Assembly (NCBI GenBank): GCA_018822435.1
Contig: JAHJKD010000049.1
Coordinates: 6,511-70,510, forward strand
DNA length: 64,000 nt
Direction: 5' to 3'
DNA from: Patescibacteria group bacterium
GTDB lineage: Bacteria; Patescibacteriota; Patescibacteriia; UBA9570; JAHJKD01
A model generated the notes under the pieces. It was not told where the DNA came from. It was given only the letters and a program-made list of their open reading frames with translations, and did no database searches. Positions 49,674-60,102 of this stretch are shown piece after piece; the first letter of the stretch is position 1; every line of letters begins with the position of its first letter. The translations under genes and the position numbers were made by a program.

Positions 49674-50222
49674 TTAAAGTTGTTGCTTGATTTTTTCGAG
49701 AAGTAAGTCAAATTTTGTATAGCCGGCAGACTCATTGAAGTGGCCGGCATTGGGAATGAAAATTAAATCTACGCCCAGGTCTTTAGCGAGTTCCTCACCT
49801 TTTTTCAAAGGTACATATTGATCATTATCAGAATGAAACACATAAAAATTTGGACAATTCTCTTTAATTTTTTTCCAATTAAAAACTCTTTGCGCGAAAG
49901 TGACCATGCCGTCGTCAAACTGATTACCAGCCACGCCTGTAAATCCAGCCACAAGATAAGCGGCTTTAAAGGGATATCTTTCTGCAACATTTAAAACAAA
50001 AGGGGCGCCCAAGCTATGTCCGATAAAGATCGTGTCTTTATTGATTTTGTCTTTATAATAATCCAATACTTTCATCCATTCATCTAAAGTCTGATTTTCT
50101 GGAGTGGGAAATTGCGGAATAATAACATTACAATCTAACTTTTCCAACTCCTCATTCAACCAGGGAAACCAATTTTCTCCTGGATGACCGCCCACACCAT
50201 GGATTATAAATGCATTTGTCAT
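49674..50222 (-). CDS. Alpha/beta-hydrolase (YdeN/RBBP9-like serine hydrolase)
   Basis: GHSLG nucleophile elbow, 182 aa. Confidence 0.55.
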   Translation of the reverse strand: MTNAFIIHGVGGHPGENWFPWLNEELEKLDCNVIIPQFPTPENQTLDEWMKVLDYYKDKINKDTIFIGHSLGAPFVLNVAERYPFKAAYLVAGFTGVAGNQFDDGMVTFAQRVFNWKKIKENCPNFYVFHSDNDQYVPLKKGEELAKDLGVDLIFIPNAGHFNESAGYTKFDLLLEKIKQQL

Positions 50223-50281
50223 AAAATAAAAAAAGATTAATCTGTGTTAATCTTTATAATTAAGGTTAATCATGTTTCTGT

Positions 50282-51562
50282 TTATTTCTTATCCCACCGA
50301 CAATCAGAGCCGCCAGCATAAGAATGCACCCATTTCTCCCCATTGCAGGTGCAAAGTAAATAGTCTTTAGTCATGGCAATAGATCCAGACGTGTCTTTGT
50401 TGCATTCCACTGGTGCTTCTTTTTGCGGGGTCAGTTTCATGAAGCCGTCCACATCAAGGTCGGCCTGCGGTTCAGAAACGCCTACGCCCATGCGGCCGTC
50501 TTTGGTCAACACAAGGGCGTCTTTCATTTCAGAAGTTTCCCAGCCTTGGATGCGGAGGTTCTTGCCGCCAGTATATATCTGCCACTGGGCCAGGTCTTCA
50601 TTATTTTTATTGGTGCCTAATTTAATGCCAGCCTTGCTATCTTCAGGAGCAAATACTTTTATCCAGGTGTTTTGTTTTTTATTTGATAGTTTAATATCAC
50701 CGCCAGCTATATCTAATTTGTCTTGCGGCACGGTTACGCCGAATCCGATATTGCCTTCATTAACAATCATGCCACTTCTTTCCACTCTGATGTCGCCGTC
50801 ACCTTCGGCCTGACATTGGCCATCAATTTTTAAGGCAAAATAGCTTTGATCTTTGCCTGTGACTTTATAGGCTTTATTGCCGGCATCATAAAAAATATCT
50901 CCTTTTTCAATGCCGTTTAAATCAGTATTATTTTCAAATCTAACTTCATTAGGAGTAAGGCATCCAAGCTCCCGAATATCTAAGTCTTTTTTAATAATGC
51001 CTCCACCTTTTATATTAAGGTTAGAAGCCATTTTAACAGATCCATTACCTTGCAATATCATAGCAATATTATCTCCCCTTTTACTACCTGAACCGATGGA
51101 GAACTCATCTTTGTACGACCCCAACCAATAGTCCTGTCCGGATTTGGAATCAAGAATTAATGAAGGATTATTATTATTTACAGTGATGTTTTTATTGAAT
51201 GTATGGTTCCCTGTCCATGTCGGAGAATAACCTTCATTTAAAAAGAATTTATTATTCTTAAGGCTTATGCCTTTGCCGGCAAAGTAAGTAGTGCTTGGCT
51301 TTTTATTTGAGATTTTTGTTTGAGTTGTTGGAGATAAGTTGTTTATTGCTTCATTTACTTCTTGATGAGAAGGATCTGGATTTCCACCAACTGGGACAAC
51401 CGTATTATTAGGGACAAAAGTTCCAGGCATATCTGAAGGAATGATATCATCTTTGATTTCGTTCATTTTATCCGAAACATCAAACATCTCAAAAGCGCCT
51501 GTTTGCAAGGGCAGGATAAATGCAAGTGATAAAATTGTTGAGATGGTTAGAAATTTTTTCAT
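50282..51562 (-). CDS. Secreted hypothetical protein with internal repeats and Cys-rich C-terminus
   Basis: Signal peptide; repeated G.G..P...LD..G motifs; 6 Cys in last 40 aa. Confidence 0.4.
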   Translation of the reverse strand: MKKFLTISTILSLAFILPLQTGAFEMFDVSDKMNEIKDDIIPSDMPGTFVPNNTVVPVGGNPDPSHQEVNEAINNLSPTTQTKISNKKPSTTYFAGKGISLKNNKFFLNEGYSPTWTGNHTFNKNITVNNNNPSLILDSKSGQDYWLGSYKDEFSIGSGSKRGDNIAMILQGNGSVKMASNLNIKGGGIIKKDLDIRELGCLTPNEVRFENNTDLNGIEKGDIFYDAGNKAYKVTGKDQSYFALKIDGQCQAEGDGDIRVERSGMIVNEGNIGFGVTVPQDKLDIAGGDIKLSNKKQNTWIKVFAPEDSKAGIKLGTNKNNEDLAQWQIYTGGKNLRIQGWETSEMKDALVLTKDGRMGVGVSEPQADLDVDGFMKLTPQKEAPVECNKDTSGSIAMTKDYLLCTCNGEKWVHSYAGGSDCRWDKK

Positions 51563-51608
51563 AATAGAGCTTTCATATTATAGAATATTTCTCTAAATCA
51601 GGCAATCC

Positions 51609-52901
51609 TTATGGGGATAGCCTGTTAATAAGCCTTGGGAAGGCAATAGTCTCCCGAATATGCTGGGTACCGCACATCCAGCCAGTCAGGCGCTCTAAAC
51701 CGTATCCAAAGCCGGAATGAGGTACAGAGCCATATTTGCGTAAATCCAAATACCATTGAAAAGGTTTGGGATCTAGGTTAAAGTCTTTCATTGATTTTAG
51801 CAGAATGTCATAATCATCTTCTCTTTGTGAGCCGCCAATGATTTCGCCGTATCCCTCCGGAGCAATTAAATCACTGCCCAGAACTAAATCTGGATTATCA
51901 GGCGATTGTTTCATGTAAAAGGCCTTGATTTTTCTGGGCCATAGATCCACAAATAACGGACTGTCCAATCCCTTAGTCAGATTAGTTTCATCGTCCCCGC
52001 CGAAGTCTTCGTCCGGCTTGATGTCACTGCCCATTTTGTTTAATTTCACGACCGCTTCGGCATGGCTCATCCTGGGAAAAGGCGCTTTTATTTTTTCTAA
52101 GGCTTTAGTGTCTCTTTCTAAAATTTCTAAATCAGTTTTATTGTTTTTCAAAACCTGTTCAACAATATATAAAATTAATTTTTCCTGAATTTTCATATTT
52201 TCTTCATGCTCAACAAAAGCAGCTTCGGCATCCATCATCCAGAATTCAGTCAGATGTCTTCTGGTCTTTGACTTCTCTGCCCTGAATGTCGGACCAAAAT
52301 CAAAGCAACGATTGCTGGCCATAGTAGCCGCTTCCAAATATAATTGGCCGGATTGGGACAAATAAGCTTTGTCGTCTTCAAAGTAATCAACTTCAAATAA
52401 AGTTGTCGTTCCTTCACAAGATGTTGGCGTCAGAATAGGAGTATCGACTTTGATGAAATTTTCTTTATTGAGATGCTCATAAGTAGCGTTGATAATAGTG
52501 TTACGCACGCGCATGATGGCGAGCTGTTTTGTGGAACGCAACCAAAGATGACGGTTGTCCAATAGAAAATCAGGTCCGTGGTCTTTTTTTGAAATAGGAT
52601 ATTCTTCGGCGATCTGATAAACATTGATCTCTTTTACCTGCAGTTCATACTCTTCTTTTTTAGGATGCTTGGATACTTCTCCGATAAGTTCGACGGAAGA
52701 CTCCATAGTCAGCTCTCCGGCAATTTTCCAGACCTTGTCGTCAACCTCTTTTTCAGAGACGATCGCCTGCGTATAGCCGTAGCCATCCCGGAATTGCAGG
52801 AAAAACAGCTTGCCTGAAGAACGGATATTATAAATCCAGCCTTTTAGTGATACCTCCTTGCCAATGTGGTCTTTTAAGTCTTTAGTTAGAACAGTTTTCA
52901 T
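51609..52901 (-). CDS. asnS: Asparagine--tRNA ligase
   Basis: N-terminal OB fold; FGPTFRAEKSKTRRHLTEFWM motif 2; GFGYGLERL motif 3. Confidence 0.85.
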   Translation of the reverse strand: MKTVLTKDLKDHIGKEVSLKGWIYNIRSSGKLFFLQFRDGYGYTQAIVSEKEVDDKVWKIAGELTMESSVELIGEVSKHPKKEEYELQVKEINVYQIAEEYPISKKDHGPDFLLDNRHLWLRSTKQLAIMRVRNTIINATYEHLNKENFIKVDTPILTPTSCEGTTTLFEVDYFEDDKAYLSQSGQLYLEAATMASNRCFDFGPTFRAEKSKTRRHLTEFWMMDAEAAFVEHEENMKIQEKLILYIVEQVLKNNKTDLEILERDTKALEKIKAPFPRMSHAEAVVKLNKMGSDIKPDEDFGGDDETNLTKGLDSPLFVDLWPRKIKAFYMKQSPDNPDLVLGSDLIAPEGYGEIIGGSQREDDYDILLKSMKDFNLDPKPFQWYLDLRKYGSVPHSGFGYGLERLTGWMCGTQHIRETIAFPRLINRLSP

Positions 52902-52946
52902 AAAAAATATATTTAATTATAAAGTAATTTTACTAAATTTTAACAA

Positions 52947-53747
52947 TTAAAACAAGATTTTTCCCCGGGGAGATCGAGGAAATAATGTTGTTTTCTCTAT
53001 TTCTTTAACACCCCCTAAATAGCGCATTAATCTTTGCAATCCAAGACCAGCGCCGGCACTAGGTGGCAGTTTTCCTGCTTTAGCAATATCCAGATAGATT
53101 TCATAAGGCTTGAGATCCATTTTACGGTCTTTCATCTTCTTCAATATTGTCTTATAATCTGTTTCTCTTTCACCGCCGGAAAGGCCCTCGCCTAACTTAG
53201 GATAATAAAGATCATAGTTGGCGGTTTCCTTATCATAAAACTCCCTTTCAAAACCTTCCAGCCAATATGGTGTTGTTTTTGATTTTTTTCCTCTGGGAAA
53301 TGGAGTTTTGATATCAGGAATAAGTTGCTTAAATAATCCTTCCATTAATTTATAGACGTCTTTTTTCTTTCCCCTATAAATCTCAAAGTCTATTTGGTGG
53401 AATTCTATCAAGTGCCGGTCTTTGGCCTCTTTACTTGGCTCCAGGCGGACGTTCGGGGAAACGCAATAAATTTTCCTAATTTTTCCTTCCATGAGAGCTA
53501 ATTGCTTATGGAAAATCATGCTTTTTGTAATTTCTAGAGCCTGCCCCTCATATTCTACCCTAGCTTCATGAACAGGATGGGCCAAAGGATCAGTCAGGGG
53601 CGATAAAATTACAGGTGGTATTTCTATAAATCCTTTTTTCCGGAAATAACCATGGATAGTAGCCAAAACCTGGGATTGTAATTTTGCTATGCTAATTACT
53701 TGCGGATCAGTCAAGTGACTGATTAATTTTTTTGTTGTAGATTTCAT
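52947..53747 (-). CDS. AsnRS-like class IIb catalytic-core paralog lacking anticodon-binding domain (probable archaeal-type asparagine synthetase A / aspartate-ammonia ligase)
   Basis: 266 aa; motif 2 RHLIEFHQIDFE and motif 3 GAGLGLQRL of AsnRS type; no OB fold. Confidence 0.55.
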   Translation of the reverse strand: MKSTTKKLISHLTDPQVISIAKLQSQVLATIHGYFRKKGFIEIPPVILSPLTDPLAHPVHEARVEYEGQALEITKSMIFHKQLALMEGKIRKIYCVSPNVRLEPSKEAKDRHLIEFHQIDFEIYRGKKKDVYKLMEGLFKQLIPDIKTPFPRGKKSKTTPYWLEGFEREFYDKETANYDLYYPKLGEGLSGGERETDYKTILKKMKDRKMDLKPYEIYLDIAKAGKLPPSAGAGLGLQRLMRYLGGVKEIEKTTLFPRSPRGKILF

Positions 53748-53949
53748 AGTTTTTAAACTTAAATTATTATTAGAATATTAAAAAAACCAGCCCTTTAGGC
53801 TGGTCGTTATAGTTTTGATTAAATTATTTTACGGACACGACAAGTAGGCCAGCCTGGGGTGGTTGTTATTATTTTGATTATTATTTTGTCTATATATACT
53901 AGTCATATATAATATTTATCATGCCTTATAAAGCTTGTCAAATAATCAA

Positions 53950-54438
53950 TTATTTCATTTTCGGCCTAGGTCCTTTGAAAAATTCTTCCCATTGATCAAC
54001 TTCTGCATCATTTAATTCCACATCTTTTTTTGCACCTGGATCATTTTTTAGTTCAACATCTTCCTGAGTGTCTAATATTCTTCTGGCAAATTCTTCAGAA
54101 GGCATGGTCTGCCAACCACGGGCATTAGCTCTTCTTTTAATTTCATGGTCATTAGTGACGACAACATTTGCCTTGCCCCCGCTCATTTTATCCAAAATAT
54201 CCATTATAACCTCGTCAGCACTATGATGATCGCCTAATGTTGCCACTTGGATATAGCGATAATCAGCTGAAATATTTTTATCTGTCCTCCAATCCAAAGC
54301 TACAATTATTTTCTGTCCGGTCATTTGAGCATAGTTATCAACTAGCCTTAAAAATGGTTTAAAATGATCCGGGCCAGATGGCAGGTCAAATCCGATTTTA
54401 TCATTTTTCATTACATTGTGTCCGTCTACTATTATCAT
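53950..54438 (-). CDS. NYN-domain ribonuclease (YacP/Rae1-like)
   Basis: IIVDGHNV N-terminus and acidic residues typical of NYN/PIN-like fold. Confidence 0.65.
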   Translation of the reverse strand: MIIVDGHNVMKNDKIGFDLPSGPDHFKPFLRLVDNYAQMTGQKIIVALDWRTDKNISADYRYIQVATLGDHHSADEVIMDILDKMSGGKANVVVTNDHEIKRRANARGWQTMPSEEFARRILDTQEDVELKNDPGAKKDVELNDAEVDQWEEFFKGPRPKMK

Positions 54439-54908
54439 TTGAGCGTACTAAAATTACTTCCACTTATTTGGAAAATTCTGTCTGCATCCTCTCTCTTTTC
54501 CGCTCTCATGACTTCTCCCGCAAATAAGGCGTGATCCCCTGTTTTGATCTCTTCTTTGACTTGGCATTCTAAAAAGGCAGATGCTTGTTTGATGACGGGG
54601 CAGTCGATCATGGCTGCTTCCTCGCTTTCCAGGCTGGTTTCTTTGAATTTGTCATATTCTGATCCGGAATGTTTACCAATATAGAGGACTTCTCTTTCAT
54701 AATCCAGGCTCATGAAATTAACTACATAGACGCCGGACTTTTTTATCATTTCATATGAATATCTTGTGAATCCTAAAGCGATACCGTAGATCATGGGCTC
54801 AAATGACAAGGGCATATGCCAGGCAAGGGTGATGATGTTGTCTTTTTCGCCTTGCCTGCAAGTGATAAGCACGACTTGCCTCGGATTGGCGTAATCTGAT
54901 ATGCGCAT
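54435..54908 (-). CDS. Flavin reductase-like (FMN-binding split-barrel) protein
   Basis: About 160 aa, pattern resembling the flavin reductase-like domain; 4-nt overlap with NYN gene. Confidence 0.5.
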   Translation of the reverse strand: MRISDYANPRQVVLITCRQGEKDNIITLAWHMPLSFEPMIYGIALGFTRYSYEMIKKSGVYVVNFMSLDYEREVLYIGKHSGSEYDKFKETSLESEEAAMIDCPVIKQASAFLECQVKEEIKTGDHALFAGEVMRAEKREDADRIFQISGSNFSTLK

Positions 54909-54913
54909 ATTTA

Positions 54914-56374
54914 TTATTTAATAATTTCATAATTATCAACGCGAAGGCGGCCGAGCACTTCTTTACCTTCTTCAAAATCCATCCATCGAGGCTGGAAGTC
55001 GTAATCTATCTTAACGGGCTTGAATTGTATCTTCTTGACTTGATCGCCTTCCCACCAGACCTTAATGGCAGCCCCTAAAGTTGTTTCATGGGACCAGTCC
55101 TGATCAAAAATCAGATTGCCTAAAGAATAGAAAATATACTTACCATTATATTCTTCCATTCTTTGGACAACATGAGGATGATGGCCGATAACCATGTCCG
55201 CGCCGTGATCGATAGCGGTGTGAGCAAAGCCGGACTGGGAAGATGAGATGTTTTCCGTGTATTCAGAGCCGTTGTGCATACTGACTATAATGACATCAGC
55301 CTGGTCTTTAACGGAATTAATATCAGAAATTAATTTATTAGTGTCTAAATTGCGGTCATAAGCATAGCAGAGAAAGGCGAATTTAGTACCATTTACTTCC
55401 TCAATAGCCCAGGTTTCCAGGCAATAGCCGATGCCATTATTCACGAGATGCTCTTTGGTAAAGGCGATGCCGTCCTGGCCGGCGTTGCCGATGTGGTTGT
55501 TGGCCAGGGAGGCCATATCAATTCCGGCCAGATTCAGGCCGTCCATGAAGCGCGGATCCACGCGGAAAGACATGGCGTTGTCATCAACATAATAAGGCCC
55601 AGACCGGGCAAAGGGAGCTTCTAAATTAATAAAAGCAAGATCGTTTTGTTTTAGCTCATCAGCAATGCGTACAAACGGTTCCGAATAATTGCCCCGGGCT
55701 TCGGAGGCGCGAGCCACATAGCGAGACAGCATAACATCTCCTCCGAATATTGTCGTGACCTGAGGCGGAGGGGCGGAAGGGGTGTTAAAAGAAAGAGCTT
55801 TGGACCAGCGGGATTTGTTCCTTTTATTATATATAGCTTGAATTTTTACAAAATATTTTGTGTCTGGATTTATTCCAGTAAAAGTGAATTCCTCTTTCTT
55901 GATTTTTTTCTTGGCAACTAAATTTCTATCCTGATCTAAAAGACGGATATAAAATTTTACGCCCTGGTCTCTTTTTAAATCCCAGGCCAGGCTGACAGAA
56001 TCATTAGTCAGGCCGGTAAAAGAAATGTCACGGACTTTTTTAGGAACTGTACGAAACCTTTGGCCGTCTGACCATTCTCCTGTCTCTTCACTAACATCTT
56101 TTACTCTAAAAAAATATGACTGATTAGATTTAATATGATTTTTCTTTACCAGCTTCTCACTAACATCTGAATAAAAAGTTTTTAATCTCTCGCCGACTTT
56201 AGTAAATAATTGAATTTTAAAATAAGTGTCATCGGCGCCGTCCCAACTTAAAAGGACCCTTCTTGGGCCCTTGTCTTCGGAACTTAAATTTTGAGGACGA
56301 GTGACATTGAAAGCAATGATTGGAATAGTAATAACAACAATGGCAACGATAATTACAGGTATAGTCTTTTTCAT
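54914..56374 (-). CDS. Membrane-anchored CapA/PgsA-family metallophosphatase with two N-terminal fibronectin-III-like domains
   Basis: GGDVMLSR, GNHE-like NNHIGN, MHNGSEY motifs; N-terminal TM. Confidence 0.6.
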   Translation of the reverse strand: MKKTIPVIIVAIVVITIPIIAFNVTRPQNLSSEDKGPRRVLLSWDGADDTYFKIQLFTKVGERLKTFYSDVSEKLVKKNHIKSNQSYFFRVKDVSEETGEWSDGQRFRTVPKKVRDISFTGLTNDSVSLAWDLKRDQGVKFYIRLLDQDRNLVAKKKIKKEEFTFTGINPDTKYFVKIQAIYNKRNKSRWSKALSFNTPSAPPPQVTTIFGGDVMLSRYVARASEARGNYSEPFVRIADELKQNDLAFINLEAPFARSGPYYVDDNAMSFRVDPRFMDGLNLAGIDMASLANNHIGNAGQDGIAFTKEHLVNNGIGYCLETWAIEEVNGTKFAFLCYAYDRNLDTNKLISDINSVKDQADVIIVSMHNGSEYTENISSSQSGFAHTAIDHGADMVIGHHPHVVQRMEEYNGKYIFYSLGNLIFDQDWSHETTLGAAIKVWWEGDQVKKIQFKPVKIDYDFQPRWMDFEEGKEVLGRLRVDNYEIIK

Positions 56375-56379
56375 AAAAT

Positions 56380-57105
56380 TTATTTTTCTACTTCTCTTTG
56401 TTCCAGCATTTTAACAGCCCGTTCCATGGCTACGTTTTGGTCCTTAGATTCTTCAAATTGTTGTGCCTTTTTTTTCTCTTCTAATAATTCCAATAAATCT
56501 TTTCGGGCTTCTTCAGTCAGGAAAGCAATCCTGCCCTCTTCTAAGGCCACTTTGATGGCATCCAGGCGAATATGCATGTCTAGGGCGACTTTAAAGGCTT
56601 CATAGAGCTGCTGGGTGGCCATGCTTTCGTCGTATTTTGGTTCAATCTGTCTGACATTGTCGATCATCTCTCGCACTAAGCCATCGATTTCATCAAAGTG
56701 TCCGGCCAGGATCTTGCCCGGGATTATATGGTCGCGGTATTCGGTGTGGAATTCATCCGGAAATTGATAAGTTGGAAATTCAGTCCGGATCTCCTCGTGG
56801 AAAATATCAGTAATAAAATTTACTATTTCTGGTGAACAAGTTTCAGCGGCGTCTAAATATAAACCGAATTGAGCCTTGAAATATGGGGATTTAAAATGTT
56901 CAACTGACTGGGAAAGAAGCGTGAGGATCAGGCCCCGATCAGAAATTTCATTTTCAATGTTTGTATAATCAAGAATGGATTGAGCTAATTCTTCAATATT
57001 AGTAATTTCTTTTTGGTTAGCTACCTCTTCCTGAAGCTTGGCATGATAATGGTCGACTTCTTCTTGCAGGTCTGTTTTCTTTTGGTCTAATATTATTAAA
57101 TCCAT
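56380..57105 (-). CDS. Hypothetical acidic helical protein (241 aa)
   Basis: ORF only. Confidence 0.35.
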   Translation of the reverse strand: MDLIILDQKKTDLQEEVDHYHAKLQEEVANQKEITNIEELAQSILDYTNIENEISDRGLILTLLSQSVEHFKSPYFKAQFGLYLDAAETCSPEIVNFITDIFHEEIRTEFPTYQFPDEFHTEYRDHIIPGKILAGHFDEIDGLVREMIDNVRQIEPKYDESMATQQLYEAFKVALDMHIRLDAIKVALEEGRIAFLTEEARKDLLELLEEKKKAQQFEESKDQNVAMERAVKMLEQREVEK

Positions 57106-57116
57106 ATTTTTTAAAT

Positions 57117-59696
57117 TTAAATTTTTACTTTATGGCGCACTATAAATATATATTTGACTATTTCCATTGCTACCAATTCCATTAGTGCTAATAAAATCAG
57201 ACCAGCCCATTCAACCGGTCCTAAAGGAACGGTCTTTAAGGCAACCTGCAAGAAGGGCATATAGACGGCCGCCACTATCAGGCCAATACCGATAAGGACA
57301 GCCCCGTTAAGCCACCAGTTTGAAAATGGATTTCTTTGCCAGATAGTATGGCGCATGGTGCGAAAAGAAAAGGCTATGAAAGCAGTGTCTATACCAAGGG
57401 CAACAAAGATTATGGTCTGGCAATATGGCAGGTCATTAGTCCATTTCCATAGAACATAGAATAATGCCAGTAATATTATATCCCGAAAAATTCCAACTCC
57501 GAAAATCATTATTTTCATTTCCTTATCTAAAATCGGCTCCTTTTTAGGACGAGGCTTGTCTTGCATGACTTCTGGTTCGCCTTTTTCAAAAGCCAGAGCT
57601 AGATTCGGGAAAGAGTCTTCTACTAAATTAATCCAAAGAATCTGAACAGCTACAACTGGCAAAGGCAGGCCAAGGAGAAGAGCACCAATAACAACAATGA
57701 CTTCGGTAAAACTGCCTGACATTAAAAAGAGAATGATCTTTTTTATATTGGCGTATATTATGCGACCGCCTTCAACCGCCGAATTTATAGTTTTAAAATT
57801 ATCATCAAGCAATATTACATCAGCGGTTTCCTTGGCTACATCCGTGCCCGAGCCAAGAGCAATGCCCACATCAGCCGACTTAATGGCGGGTGCGTCATTA
57901 ACGCCGTCGCCGGCCATAGCCACAACTTCACCGCGCGCCTGCCAGGCATCGATAATGCGAAGTTTGTGCCGGGGCGTTACCCGGGCATATATATCAACAT
58001 CGACTACTTTTTCTTTTAGCTCTTCATCAGTCAGTTCCTCTAGAACCTTGCCTTCCATAATATTTTCATCAGCCACAGGCATGCCTAGTTCGCGTCCGAT
58101 GGCCTGGGCAGTCAGTTTATGGTCGCCAGTAATTATTACTGGTTTAATGCCGGCTTTAATGGTCATTTCCAAAGTTGACTTAGCTTCTTCCCGAAGCGGA
58201 TCTTTCAAACCAATAAATCCGACAAATTCACAATCCTCTATTGCCTTATCAGTCAGTTTTATTTTGCAAGACAAACGCTTTTGGGCAATAGCCAAAACAC
58301 GCAAACCGTGCGAAGTCATTTCTTCAAATTGTTTTCTGTATTTTTCCCTGTCTTCGTCTGATAATTTGGCAAACCCGAGAACTTTTTCCGGGGCGCCTTT
58401 GATAGCCAGCAAACAGCCGCGCTTGGTCTCGTGCTGGGTGATCATATACTTACGGTCCTCATCAAATGGAATCTCGCCTATGCGCGGGCATTCGGAGTAA
58501 CATTGCTTTTGATTAATGCCGGCATGGACAGCCCCTAAAACTAAAGCAGTTTCAGTTGGGTCGCCAAGCATTTTCCATTTAGCCAGTTCATCGTTTGGAT
58601 TCTGAATAACAGCATTATTACAAAGCATGCCCAGCTTTAGGGCTGCTTCTTTATTTTTTGCGTTTACAACCGCCACTTCCATGCGGCCGACAGTCAGAGT
58701 ACCGGTCTTATCAGAACAAATTACAGAAACACTGCCTAAGGTTTCGGCCGCGATCAGTTTCTTGATCAGAGCATTTTGCTTGACCACTTTTTGCATGCCA
58801 ATAGTCAGGACCACGGTCATAGAGATAATCAAGCCCTCAGGAATGGCCGCCACAGCAATAGCCACCGCCATGAGAAACATCTCAAATAAGCCCTTTCCTT
58901 GGATCAGGCCAATAACGAAAATTAAAATAGAAAGTCCCGCTACAATAACCGCCAGCCAGGTTGAGAATTTTCCCAGCTTCACTTGAAGGGGGGTCTTATC
59001 TTCCTTTACCTCTTTTACCATGGAAGCGATCTCGCCCAAATTGGTATGGATGCCCGTACTAATAATTATGGCCCGGCCTTTGCCGCGGGTGACATTCGTA
59101 CCCATATGGACCATGTTCTTGCGGTCAGCCATGGGCGTACCCGGGTCAACCTTATCAACCTGCTTTTTAATGGGCATGGACTCGCCGGTCAGGGGGGCTT
59201 CATTTATTTCCAGACTATTGCATTCAAAAAGCCGAGCATCAGCCGGCACTTTGTCTCCTGCTTCTAATAAAATTATATCGCCAGGCACCAACTCTTCAGC
59301 CGGCACCTCTTGCTTGACGCCTTTCCTTTTTACAATAGCCTCAAAATGGACTAGTTTGCTCAATTGCTCTACGGCATTGTCAGCCTTTAGTTCCTGTAAA
59401 AAACCGACAATAGTGTTGATAATAACAGAAGCAAGAATAACTCCGGCATCAACCCATTCTTTGACAGCCAGAGATATGATCGCTGCTACCACTAGAATAT
59501 AGACTAAAGGGCTTTTAAATTGACTAAGAAGTATAATTAACCAAGAAGCCCGCTTTTCTTGGGGCAACTTGTTTTTGCCATATTGCTCCAACCTCTTTTT
59601 GACCTCTTCCGTAGAAAGGCCGTCTTTAGAAGAGTTGAAGTGTTCAATAACTTGTTCTTTGGGTATAGCAAAGAATTCTTTTTTATCTTCTGGCAT
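57117..59696 (-). CDS. P-type cation-transporting ATPase (type II, Ca2+/Mg2+-like)
   Basis: CSDKTGTLT phosphorylation site, TGDH, GDGVNDAPAIK hinge, 10 TM helices. Confidence 0.9.
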   Translation of the reverse strand: MPEDKKEFFAIPKEQVIEHFNSSKDGLSTEEVKKRLEQYGKNKLPQEKRASWLIILLSQFKSPLVYILVVAAIISLAVKEWVDAGVILASVIINTIVGFLQELKADNAVEQLSKLVHFEAIVKRKGVKQEVPAEELVPGDIILLEAGDKVPADARLFECNSLEINEAPLTGESMPIKKQVDKVDPGTPMADRKNMVHMGTNVTRGKGRAIIISTGIHTNLGEIASMVKEVKEDKTPLQVKLGKFSTWLAVIVAGLSILIFVIGLIQGKGLFEMFLMAVAIAVAAIPEGLIISMTVVLTIGMQKVVKQNALIKKLIAAETLGSVSVICSDKTGTLTVGRMEVAVVNAKNKEAALKLGMLCNNAVIQNPNDELAKWKMLGDPTETALVLGAVHAGINQKQCYSECPRIGEIPFDEDRKYMITQHETKRGCLLAIKGAPEKVLGFAKLSDEDREKYRKQFEEMTSHGLRVLAIAQKRLSCKIKLTDKAIEDCEFVGFIGLKDPLREEAKSTLEMTIKAGIKPVIITGDHKLTAQAIGRELGMPVADENIMEGKVLEELTDEELKEKVVDVDIYARVTPRHKLRIIDAWQARGEVVAMAGDGVNDAPAIKSADVGIALGSGTDVAKETADVILLDDNFKTINSAVEGGRIIYANIKKIILFLMSGSFTEVIVVIGALLLGLPLPVVAVQILWINLVEDSFPNLALAFEKGEPEVMQDKPRPKKEPILDKEMKIMIFGVGIFRDIILLALFYVLWKWTNDLPYCQTIIFVALGIDTAFIAFSFRTMRHTIWQRNPFSNWWLNGAVLIGIGLIVAAVYMPFLQVALKTVPLGPVEWAGLILLALMELVAMEIVKYIFIVRHKVKI

Positions 59697-59724
59697 ATTG
59701 TTTTAATTATACCACAAAATTGCC

Positions 59725-60066
59725 TTATACGCCAGCCGAATTAAGGGATAACTTGACGACTACGCCGATAAAGACCATGAAGAGGAAGATGAGGATTATT
59801 GTTACTAAGCATGGGATGCCAAAAGCTTGGCCCGGACCCATTTGTTCGCGGAATGATTTTTTCTCTTCTGGTTCATTCTCTGTCCTCGTCGGCCCTACTT
59901 CGCTCTCCTTCGCACCTTCGGTGCTTCGGAGGAGCTTCGAAGGGGCCTTACTCGGGCTATTGGCTTTTTCCAGAGACTGTTCAACTGTTTTATTTATTTC
60001 TTCTTTGGCAGGTTTAGACAACTTTTTTGGAGCTGGCTTTTTGGTTGTTGTTTTTTTTGCGGGCAT
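59725..60066 (-). CDS. Hypothetical Lys/Pro-rich small protein with C-terminal TM
   Basis: ORF only; preceded by palindromic element copy 2. Confidence 0.3.
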   Translation of the reverse strand: MPAKKTTTKKPAPKKLSKPAKEEINKTVEQSLEKANSPSKAPSKLLRSTEGAKESEVGPTRTENEPEEKKSFREQMGPGQAFGIPCLVTIILIFLFMVFIGVVVKLSLNSAGV

Positions 60067-60076
60067 ATTGTATTAC

Positions 60077-60094
60077 CCCGAATAAATTCGGGGC
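60077..60094. repeat. Palindromic element CCCCGAATAAATTCGGGG (copy 2)
   Basis: Identical to 25527-25544. Confidence 0.7.
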
Positions 60095-60102
60095 TTAAAT
60101 AA

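Noticed and set aside
57697-58500. 267-aa ORF antisense within the P-type ATPase; similar long antisense ORFs in dnaK (37492-37863), dnaX (24869-25444) and the ATP-grasp gene (15440-15926)
   Set aside because: Shadow ORFs of long or GC-rich genes. Ser/Ala/Pro-rich low complexity. No independent signals.
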